Of a stretch of 64,000 nucleotides of DNA, positions 39,659 to 50,560 are shown one piece after another. Every line of letters begins with the position of its first letter. Positions within the stretch are counted from its first letter, which is position 1. The notes under the pieces were generated by a model, which made no database searches, had not been told where the DNA came from, and was given only the letters and a program-made list of their open reading frames with translations. The stretch comes from Basidiobolus meristosporus CBS 931.73 (Eukaryota > Fungi > Basidiobolomycota): positions 62,001 through 126,000 of the forward strand of contig MCFE01000147.1 in the NCBI GenBank assembly GCA_002104905.1, written 5' to 3'. The position numbers and the translations under genes are program-made.

Positions 39659-40392
39659 AGACTTGTTCTGTTGGATAGTGCCACATTGAGCCATGAGTGC
39701 CAAATGATGCCATAGTGTGCCAGGGAGGCTAAGTGAGCCTATACTTGGCCACAGTGTATGAAACATAGATCTGCATCTTCATGCAAAGCAGCCCCTGTGT
39801 TTCACCCATTGTGTTGGAGAAAATCCATTTTTTGGCCTTTTTTTTTAGGTCAATGTTGTGCAGGATATGTAAGAGCACAAAAGGATTGAAAATATGCATT
39901 TGGTACTCAATACCCATGGCACTCTGAATCTAGCTCCTGTGGCTTGTAACAAGTCACAACAATGCATGGCACTATCTTAGTCCACTAATACTATCTGGCA
40001 CTATAAGTGCTTTGTATAGATCTTACTTTAGGGCTAATAATTAAATATAGTGCCAGATAGTATTAGTGGACTAAGATAGTGCCATGCATTGTTGTGACTT
40101 GTTACAAGCCACAGGAGCTAGATTCAAAGTGCCATGGGTATTGGGTACCTGATGCATGTCTTCAGTTCTTCTATGCTCTTACACATCCTGCATAACATTG
40201 ATCCACAAAAAAATGTCAAAAAATGGATTTTCTCCTGCATCACAGGTGAAACACAGGGGCTGCTTTGCATGAAGATGCAGATACATGTTTCACACTCTGT
40301 GGCCAAGTATAGGCTCACTTAGCCTCCCTGGCACACTATGGCATCATTTGGCACTCACGGCTCAATGTGGCACTATCCAACGGAACAAGTCT
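39659..40392. mobile_element. Palindromic foldback element, copy 4 (734 bp = 347 + 40 + 347, TSD AAT)
   Basis: Arms 39659-40005 and 40046-40392, loop 40006-40045, AAT on both flanks. Confidence 0.92.
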
Positions 40393-40624
40393 AATTATTT
40401 GCACATCAGAGCTTGCCAATAACAAAGCCAAGCTGTTCTATGAAATTCCATTCCCATGTGGCTGTTTATTGATAGTCCCTACAATACACAAGTGGGTCTG
40501 TAAAGTGAGCATTCACAGTACTTTCTGGGGGTGTGGTTGCCTTTGATGAGTAAAGGGCTTTCTGAGTCCAGGTCAAGCAATTGTGATAAAATCAAAGAAA
40601 CTTATTAGTGTGCTGCTGATGATT

Positions 40625-41015
40625 GATGACTCCCAATGGACACATGGTAATGTAGCAAGTGAGCATCCATAACACCTGTTGAGGTATGGTTACTGCACAC
40701 TGTAATATGCATTAAGGACTCTTGTAAAGCTAGCATGATGAGCAATAAACGCACTTTACTACCACTCAGCTAATGGTTGATGACTCCTGCTAGGCATAAG
40801 TAAAAGTAGCAAGAAGGTATCCTTAAAACCTGTTAGGGTATGGTCACTGTGCACCATAAAAGTGCATTAAGAATTCTGTAAAACTAGCATCCATACTATA
40901 ATAGCATTTTAGTATCACATGGCTGACTCCTGCTATTCACAAGCAAATGAAGCAGGTGGGTATCCATAAGTCCTGTTGGGGTATGGTTACTATGCACCAT
41001 AACAATGTGTAGGAG
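40625..41015. repeat. Imperfect tandem repeat, about 2.6 units of ~145-155 bp
   Basis: GATGACTCC...AGCA(A/G)G..G.ATCC.TAA..CCTGTT.(A/G)GGTATGGT.ACT..C(A)C recurs at 40625, 40779 and 40922. Confidence 0.7.
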
Positions 41016-41229
41016 GAACAGTACCCTTAAGGACCAGAGCCAAATATGAAAGGAAAGTGAACTACAGAGCTTCTTAAGAGCATGGGAGCAGTATGGGTAA
41101 CTGCATTCCATAAACCCCCCCCATTTCTCTACCCTTTTCCCAGCCCTTTTATAATATCTACACCCTATGTACCCTATACTTTTGACTAAGCTTCATTGCA
41201 TTTGTATTTCTAGAACAAAGAATACCTCA

Positions 41230-42960
41230 TCTATCAGCTTTATCTCTTCTATTATCAATACTCCTTGGCCCTGTGTTCCACTTGATTCCCCCTACTGTGC
41301 TGCTCTCTAGTTGCCAACTATCAAACTGTACTGTGCTATCCACCTCCAAGACTCCCCTTTCAGGAAGTGCAAGTTGTATGTCAGAAAGCTTGGCAATACC
41401 AGCAGTCTGTATCAATACCATTTATCTTGCTTAGAGAGCTCAACATTCCCCATCCTAAGAACAAGACTACTATGACTGCAAGAATGAAGCCATAGTCTAC
41501 ATTCCTACTGCCCTCCAGAGAGAAAGCTATCTGCCAGTGCTGAGTACTCAATCTGAGAAAAGATGTGTTGATTGGATATACCCATCTGCTGCTGTGTTCT
41601 ACTTTGTGAATGAAATTAAGCCCTTCTATGGAGCTGAAATAGGATCCTTTAGAGTATCTGCCCCCCCATCATGGTCCCTTTTATGCAATCAATTGTGAAG
41701 AAAAAGCTGGCAAAACTCACTGTTTTTACCCACAAAGCTACCAAGAATGACAAGAAGTACCTTAGGAGCTACTTGAAGCTTGCCAGCTCTCTATTCTCTC
41801 TGCCATATGATCTTCTTTATGCCTGGCTCTTTGTGCAGCATCTGATCCTGGTCTCTGCCTCCTACTCATGGCCATGGAAGACTATTGTGGTAGTATTAAG
41901 AAAATGGGAAGCAATTGCTTCTGCCCTACAACAAAGCAACCTCTGTTGCACTAACCCAGAACAGAGAAACTTCTCCTGACAGCTGTACACCCCTCTCAGG
42001 CAATTCACTATACTCTGTATACTCAGCTCTGGTACCAGGTTATGAACTTTGTGCCTCTGCAATCTTGCAACTCCATTACAAGAACAAGGTAAAGACTCTA
42101 TAGGGCAATGAGGTCCTCTTCCAGGAAGCTACCCTCAACAGAACAGCTGGCTAACATGTTCTTCTCTACAAAGCAGTACTAAATTGCTGCTATTGATTTG
42201 GACTTGAAGACTCTGCCAACCCAACTTACACTTGATCAAGAGACTATCCGTAATATGCTCCATAGGCTTCCCAACTCTACTGCCCCAGGTGAGGACACAA
42301 TCTCTGTTGAGCTTCTCAGACTAGTACAAAGGTCATGTCTGCTCTTCTGCTTCTACTGTGCTGTCAATGCTCAGCTCAGCTTTCTACTCCTGAGGATTGG
42401 TCTTTGGCTGGCACTATGCCATTGCGCAAGGGTAAAGGAGAGTATCCAGATTCCAGCTCCAGCAGGCCAATATCTTTGATATCCATCAGCAGAGAGGAGC
42501 TTGAGCTTCTGATTGTTCAAGAGATTTACTCTGACTCTCTTAAGCTTTGCCCTGCACAAATTGTCTTTGTTCCTTGCCTCTCCTTAAAATGTGCAGATAT
42601 ACTGAGTCAAAATCACTCTCTCCAGTCCATGTAACCCTCCATTTTGTTTGATATTACCAAGGCCTTTGATGCAGCTGACAGAAATCTGCTTTGGTTCAAG
42701 CTGCAATGCTTCTCCAGTACATCCCTCACCCTCCATGTTAGGTCTCTGCTTCTAAACCTGCAAGCAAGAATTTGCCACCCAAGTGAACAATCAGCAGTGT
42801 TTTCAGTTCCTAATTGAGTAGTTGAAGGCTCTGAGCTTATTCCTATACTCTCTACCATCTAGCTAAGTAATCTCCCCACAATCTCAGCTAACTATCTGGT
42901 TATGCTCATTGCTGATGACATCAGAATATTCTCCTCCAATGTGTGGCATGACCTCCAAGC
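41230..42960 (+). pseudogene. Non-LTR retrotransposon (LINE) endonuclease-RT relic
   Basis: LPNSTAPGEDTIS, PEDWSLAGTMPLRKGKG..SRPISLIS, FDITKAFDAADR and IADDI (YADD-like) in order. Confidence 0.75.
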
Positions 42961-43039
42961 CATCATCCAGTATCTACATAAGAATAATCACCAGCTTTTC
43001 ATTGAAAAGAGAGTACCTTTGGGTAGTATATCTATTGTA

Positions 43040-43385
43040 ATTGTTTAGTTGCCACCTAAAGATGCATGCTAATGTTGTCATACATATCTTATTCTGTGAT
43101 TAGCATTCTGTCCTGACCAAATCCGGTGTTGGATTTATTTAAAATATTTTCACCAAGTTTTTAGGTGCCCATACTGTGATCTTTCTCAGCAGTTGTACAA
43201 AGCACCCAAATTTTGTGCACATATTCTTGGAGCCTTCCTCAGCATACTCTACTTGATAGTTTGTACAACTTTACCAAAAGTCTAGATACCATACTTTTGA
43301 TTAATATATCTCTAAGTGAATAACATACAAATCTTCCACTTCTCCACACTACTTCCAATACTCCTCAGAATATCATTTGTAAATG
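43040..43385 (+). mobile_element. Copia family-1 LTR relic
   Basis: Collinear with 534-880. Confidence 0.65.
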
Positions 43386-43693
43386 GCAAAACCTTGACTT
43401 GGCCCTATAAACTTCAAATACCATCTATACAATGGAAGTAACTGTCCCTGAACCTGGTATAGGTACACAGTAAAGTTGTTTAAATGAATTTGACTGTTGC
43501 CTGAAAATAAGGAAACTCCAGATCTGCTGTAAATGACAAGACCCTAACATAACTAAAAGTGGGTAAATTTTGCTCAAATAAGAAGCATTAAATTGTCTTA
43601 AGGCTATATAACTATTGCAGTCTGGCAATCAGACTCAGCACACTATTCAAGCCTGTCCAGGTGATCAGACATGATGATTAGTATTGTGATCTG

Positions 43694-46600
43694 TGTTGTA
43701 AGAGTCTTGGGGATATTGGAAGTGATTGGGAGGACAAGTAGATTATGTGGTTTTCACTTAATGATTTATTGAATGTAAAAGTAGTATTTATATTTTTGCC
43801 TGGTCTTGGCATTACAAACACATAGAATAGGTTAAGAAAGATCCCAAGAACATGTGTGCAAAGTTTGGGGCTGTTTGGACAACTTTGAGAATTTTCATGT
43901 TGTGGATACCTGGTATTTTGGTGAAAATATTCTAAGTAAATCCCAACAAGGAATTTGGTCAGGATTTGAGGGTAATGATCTAAGTGACTTTGTCAGGTGA
44001 TTATTTAGGTGGAAATACAAATTTTTACAACATTCCCACTCAGCTAAATGCTCATACTAACTAGTCCTAATTTTGACCTAAGATATTCAAACTTGTCTCT
44101 AGCTAATGGTTTGGTAAGCATGTCTGCAATCATTTCATCTGTAGGACAGTAAACTAAGGTAACTAAGTTATTCTCTATAGCTTCACGTATGAAATGATGT
44201 CTAATATCTATGTGCATGGTTCTAGCATGAAAAGTTGGATTTCTACCTAATTGTATACATCCTTGATTATCTTGAAATAAAGTAATAGGCATTTTTTGAC
44301 ATATGCCTAAATCTGTGAAAAGCTTTCTTAACCACATTGCTTCTTTTGTAGGTTCACAGGCTGTCATGTACTCTGCCTCTGTGGTAGAAAGTGCCACAGT
44401 TGGTTGCTTTCTTGAGTTCCATGAAATTGCTCCTTTACAGTAAAGAAGGGTGTTTCCTGTGGTGGATCTTCTGTCTTCCAAATTTTGTCCCCAATCAGCA
44501 TCAGAGTATCCCACAAGATCCTGTTCTGAATCCTTATAAGTGTATCTTAAGCAGATATCAGCAGTTTCTTTTAGGTATTTAAAAATCTGCTTAACTGCTG
44601 CAATATGATCAGATCCATAGTTCTGATTATGTTGGCTGACAACTGCCACTGAATATGAGATATCTGGACATGTTCCAAGCACAATATACACCAGGCTGCC
44701 TACCATAGACTGATAAGGAAAATCAGGGCTTTCAGATGGAACCAATTTGGTGCTTCTTTAGTATATCTTGAATATACTTGGATTGGCTTATGGTAATAGT
44801 CTGGGTACTGCTGTCTATGGAGAACTTAATCCCAAAGTAGTAACTAAGTTCTCCTAGATTGGACATCTTGAACTCCTTAGATAGGCTGAATTTAGTCTCT
44901 TCCAATGTTTCTAGGTTATTGGTGGCTATAATAAGATCATCCACATATAGAGCTAATAGAACTGGATTTGCTCTATCTGGCTTATAGTATATACTATAGT
45001 CAGCATTACTCCTTTTGAAACTCAAAGATTCCAAGTAAAAATCTATCTTGCATTTCCAGGCTCTTGGTAATTGTTTGAGACCATAAAGTGACTTTTTAAG
45101 CTTGCAGACCAAATGGGGTTTATCTTGGTCAACAAACCCATTAGGCCAGTCCATATACACATCCTGATCATCCCATCAGGCTGGTCCATATACACATCCT
45201 CATCAAGTTCACCATTCAAAAATGCAGCTTTTACATCCATTTGATGAATAAAAAACTTATATTTGGCTGCAATTACCAATATTGATCTGATAGAATTAAA
45301 CTTGGCTACCAGTGCAAAGGTCTCAGTAGAGTCAAGTTCTTTTGTTTGAGAGTACCCTTTGGCCACAAGTCTTGCTTTGTATCTTTCACTTGTACCATCA
45401 ACCTTGAATTTTGTCTTGAAGACCCACCTGCATCCAATTGATTTTTGGTTGATTGGTAATTTGACTAAGTCCCAAGTTTGATTTTCCAACAGGGTCTAAT
45501 ATTCCTCAGTGATTGCAGATCTCCAAAACTTTGTCTGAGGGCTATTTAGGGCCTCTTTTACAGTATGGGGCTCATCAATATGGACTGAATCAGCATAGGC
45601 TAAGTTTGTACCCTCATTGATATAGTAATTTAGGCTATTTCTTGTCTGATTTGATCTCCAGGCATTTGATACTGAAATGATCACTTCTGGAATATTCCTG
45701 GGCACTGATTCAGGCTGAACTGCGGTTGTAGAGTTCTCTGGAGTGAAAAAAAAACTTCATTGTTTTGCTCTGATTCAATCCTGACAATTGTAGGACTTTG
45801 GATCAAATTTTTGTCATCATCTGATGTCATTTTTTGTGAAAATTGTGAATTTTCATCAAACAACACATCCCTGGACTTGATTAGCTTCTTTGCTTTGGTA
45901 TTGTAGAGTCTTTATGCTTTACTCTCATTGCAGTAGCCCAAGAATATTCATTTTACACTTTTTTGCTCAAATTTTGACTGATTTCCAGGCTGTTTCTTGG
46001 CATATGCTGTACATCCAAATATTCTTAGATGTTCTGTGCTTGATTTATATCCATACCATGCTTCAAATGAAGTAGAATCACAAAGTATTCTGTTAAAACT
46101 CCTATTTTTAAGGTATACAGCTGTGGCAACTGATTCCACCCACAAATCATAGGATAATTTTTGAGCATGGATCATAGGTCTTGCCATATCAATTATTGAT
46201 CTGTTTGCACATTCTGCTACTCCATTTTGCTGTGGGGAGTATGGTACAGTAGTCTCTTGCTGTATCCCATGAATGTTGCAGAAGTGGATGAAGAGTTTTG
46301 AGGTATATTCTCCACCATTGTCAGAGTGTATTTTCTTGATTTTTTCACCAGTTTCTCTCTCCACCATGGCTTTAAACTCCCTGAGCTTAGACAGAGCTTC
46401 TTCCTTTCTCTCCATGAAGTAGACCCATGTGTATCTTGTATAATCATCAATAAAAGTGATTAAATACTTCATCCCGCCTAAGGATAAATTTTGCATAGGT
46501 CCACACAGATCTGAGTGAATTAGATCTAATTTTTTCTTAGTTTTGATTAATCCAGAGCTCTTGAACAGTTGTCTGGCTTGTTTCCCATATATGCAGGCTT

Positions 46601-48215
46601 CACAGTGCTCCAAATTAGCTGGGGGATCAATTTTTACTCCGGAAATTAGCTGATCTTTGATCATTTTACGCAAATAATCAAGATTGATATGTCCAAATCT
46701 CCTGCGCCAAAGCATTGGTGTTTCTTCAATTAATTTACTTATATTGGCTACCAGATATGATGGAATATAAGTCAACTTGTATAGATTCTGATCTCTGATG
46801 CCCAAAGCAATATGGGCACCATTTTGATCAGTGATCCTGCATCCAGAATTGTCAAAACTGAAACTGAGTCCTTCTGCTGTGGCCTTACTTACAGAGAGTA
46901 GGTTCTTGGCTATTTTTGGTACATAGAGTACTTCTTTAAAGGTCAGTATATGGCTTCCTTCACTGCTTCTAAGGTTTGCTTGGATAGTTCCTTCTCCCAC
47001 TGCATCAAGCATTCTATTGTCTAACATGAAAACCTTCTTAATTGGAGTTTCTTGATATTGGGTAAAAAGTTTTTTTGGTGTGTAAAGTGTTGGGAAGCTC
47101 CAGAGTCAATATACCACGTCTGAGAATCCTTGTTTGTGGTCATATTTAGTGCAGATATGAATAGTCTATCTTCAGTTTTGCAGCATTTCCATACTCAGGC
47201 TTCTTTTGCTGGTTATCTTTCTTTTTGAGACACCAGTCTGATGTGTGTCCTTTCCTTTTGCAGTAGTTGCAAAATAGGCTGCTGTTGCCTTTGTAGGGTC
47301 TTGGGTACCTCCTTTGTTGGTTATCATTGCTTATTAAAGCATTTTCTTCTTCCTTCTTATTGGCACTTGATTTTCTTAATTCTTCATCCAGGAGCCTTCC
47401 ATATACATAATTTAAGGTCAAACCTTCAGTTCTGGACTCTAGAGCTGATACAAGGCCCTGAAACTTGTCTGTCAGGCTATTCAGGATGGTAACTATCACA
47501 TCCTCATCAGTAGTCGGTACGCCCACAGATTCCATCTCATCTACCAGCAGGGTAATTCTGTTAATTAGATTTTTCATTTCTTCTCCTGGCAGCATCTTTG
47601 TAGTAAAGAATTTTTGTCTCAGATACATTTTCTTGGCAGCTGAGCATGACTGGTAGGTGTCTTCTAATGCCTTCCAGGCATTCTTTGCTGTTTTTGCTCT
47701 TGAGCATTGAATTAGCAATTTGTCCTTGACATTAAGGCAGTGCAGTTAAAGGCACTTTGTTCTTTCTTCTGGTACTTCAAGGCTTCCTCTCCCATGTTTT
47801 TAGGAGGGCATTCTTCTCCCATGACAATATCCCAAAGGCCTCTTTCTTGTAGTAGCATCTTCATCTTCACCTTCCACACTTGGTAGTTAGATTCATCCAA
47901 CTTTTCAGCAGAGGGAAAAATTCCAGTAATAGCAGTAGTAGACATTGCAGAGAGTGACAGCTTGGGGCTCATAACCTGTTGTAAGAGTCTTGGAGATATT
48001 GGAAGGGATTGGGAGCACAAGTAGATTATGTGGTTTTCACTTAATGATTTATTGAATGTAAAAGTAGTATTTATACTTTTGCCTGGTCTTGGCATAACAA
48101 ACACACAGAATAGGTTAAGGAAGGTCCCATGAACATGTGTGCAAAGTTTGGGGCTGTTTGGACAACTTTGAGAATTTTCATGTTCTGGGTACCTGGTATT
48201 TTGGTGAAAATATTC
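43694..48215 (-). mobile_element. Near-complete Ty1/copia family-1 retrotransposon (3' LTR 43694-44032, PPT ~44033-44040, PBS 47965-47976, 5' LTR 47977-48215 truncated)
   Basis: Two highly similar LTRs, PBS GGTTATGAGCCC, PPT AGTGGGAA, and all copia domains in gag-PR-IN-RT-RH order. Confidence 0.95.
44044..47945 (-). pseudogene. Copia gag-pol polyprotein with a few frameshifts and stops
   Basis: KLDESNYQVWKVKMKMLL gag, CNYCKRKGHTSDWC knuckle, DLIHSDLCGPM integrase, LYVDDLII RT, GYSDADW/HARTMHIDIRHH RNase H. Confidence 0.92.
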
Positions 48216-48216
48216 C

Positions 48217-48737
48217 AGAGAGCACTCTTCTCCCATGACTACTTCCTAAAGGCCTCTTTCTTATGGCTTTATTGTTGACCTCAACCTAGGGACTTGATAG
48301 TTTGATCCATGCAGCTTTTTGGCAGAGGCAGACTTGCAGTAAAAGAAGCTGAGAGTATTCTTGAGAGTGACTGCTAGAAGCTCATATCCAGATGCAGTGG
48401 TGTTGGAGATATTGTAAGTGAATGGGAGAAGTAATATATTTGTTGGTTCTCATGTAATGATTTATTGAATGTAAAAGTAGTGATGAAGCTTTTGCATGGT
48501 CTTAGCACAACAAACAAGCAAGATGTTCCCAGGAAGGTCTCATGAGCATGTTTGGCAAGTTTGGGGTTGTCCGGACAACATTGAGAAATCACATGTTCTG
48601 GGAACCTAATATTTTGATGAAACTATTTCAAGTAAATCCCAACAAGAAATTTGGTCAGAATTCTCCATGATTTGGAGACTGTGATCCAAGTGGCCAAGTC
48701 AGGTGAAGGTATAGGTGTAATCACACAAGTTATAACA
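48217..48737 (-). mobile_element. Older copia family-1 LTR plus gag start abutting the young element
   Basis: 48217-48390 resembles 47800-47970; 48400-48737 resembles the LTR and ends TTATAACA. Confidence 0.65.
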
Positions 48738-49089
48738 TAGCAAACTTGGGGCTTGAAATCTGTTGCAAGATCCATGGGAGTACCGGAAGTTATCTGGAGA
48801 GCCAGAAAAATTGCATGCTGTTCACTTGCAGTTTTATTGAGTTCAAATAGAATATTGATACTTGTAGTGGAGCTATGTAAGACCAATGAGAGGAATGCAT
48901 TGAGGAAGGTCTCGGCATGCTGTTGGCAAAGCTCGGGGGCTTCTTGACAAGTTTGGGAGATTTGATCATTTTCAGGCCGTCACTGATTCTAGGAATTCGC
49001 TGATATCAGACAGAATACATCTTGGATTAGTAGCACGTGATGTAGCAATAAGCTAAGCAGAACCTTATGCTATACGAGTGGTTTAGGTG

Positions 49090-49320
49090 TAAACCAAATA
49101 TCAACAACCACACCTTGCTTTACTCCAAAAGAGCAACCTAATGGACTTCCAGGAAGTTAACAACCATAGCTCTTTCAAGGTGGCTCAGAAAGCTATATTC
49201 CAACATAATCAAGGAAGTATACAATTAGAGAGAGAGATCGAACTTTTCATGCTAGAACTAAGCACATAGATGTTAGACATCGTTTCATCCAGGAAGCTGT
49301 AGATCGTAATTAGGCCTAGT
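49090..49320 (+). pseudogene. Copia RNase H relic at the edge of the TE domain
   Basis: Translates to FHARTKHIDVRHRFIQEAVDRN. Confidence 0.7.
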
Positions 49321-50560
49321 TAATATGAACATTTAGAGAAACAGCCAGTGGAGCTCGGTTCGACCAACCCCACAACCAACTGAAGCTCCTCCAATTCATG
49401 GATGCTTTATCGATGGACCGTTTCACGTGATGAGGTACGCCCGACACATAAACTACCCTGAGGTGGATGCACCGCGATGCAGGTGTAGTTCCCTCAGTTG
49501 GCCGTACCAACTGGAAGCCTTGGCTGGACCGAAACCCATCGTGTGACGGGGTTTGGACGACTCCGCTGGGGGCTGGGCGGGCATTAACCTTGCTCGACGA
49601 TCCGGAGAAGTTATCACGGGGTTCGGAGCACTTGCACCACCTCAAGACATCATTGCCCTACTGGGTTTCGGATCCACCCAGTGGTGAGCGAGGCCGAGAC
49701 TCCACGTCCCATCGGTATGGAACCAATGCGGTAGATCGATAATATGGCATTGGTTGGGTGATGGACTTGACCTGTCCAAGGATCACCACATTAGAGCTTA
49801 GAAGATGGGAGGGATAAGTGGATACAAATGGGAGGACAAAGGTTTCGATGGTAGGCGGGCCAATCTATCCCAACATATCACCAGCATCTTGATCCAACAA
49901 CAAACACCTCTCGACCCTGGCCATGGTGACCTCGATGATGATCAACATCAAATCTGGCTCACCTAACGAGCCATGGCGAAGGAATCTGCTTAGGTTCGCA
50001 ACCGACCCTCCAATAGAACCCAGTCCAACCAATGAGCCTCCTCCCAAACCAACCAACTTCGTCGCACCATTCCGGGTGGGCCAATCAGCCGGGGGCAGCG
50101 GAAGAGGGACCTGGATGATCATCTGGGACCAATGGGACGGCCAGATCGGACTGCTCGTTTCGAGATGGATTCTCACTGATGGCGATTATCAGTGGCCAGG
50201 TGGATGTCCATGTTGATTGATAATCTTGGCACTGCTCATTGGAGGAGCCCATTTGTGGGGAGGTGGGAGGGCCTTTAAGCACACGAGGATCTGGCGAGAA
50301 TTCAGTTTCGGTCTCTCCTCCTTTCGCCTGTTGGGATTCATGGGTTCAAGCTTGACACTGACGTTGAGACACTGATCGACTTTCCCCTGCACCCTAGCAA
50401 CCCACTCACGTACGTATCCCTCCACACACATACACGCACACCCACACCCACACCCACACGCGCGCGCGCGCACGTCCAGCGGATTTTCTTTCGTTCACCT
50501 AGACGATTCCCAGCGACTCGCCCAAAGTGGCGTCCAATACGTTATTGTCCTCTTTCGTAG

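Noticed and set aside
1-49330. Classical Neurospora-type RIP (CpA to TpA) as the main cause of decay
   Set aside because: CA and TG remain abundant while CG is nearly absent, and aligned copies show mainly CG to TG/CA; a minor CpA component cannot be excluded without computation.
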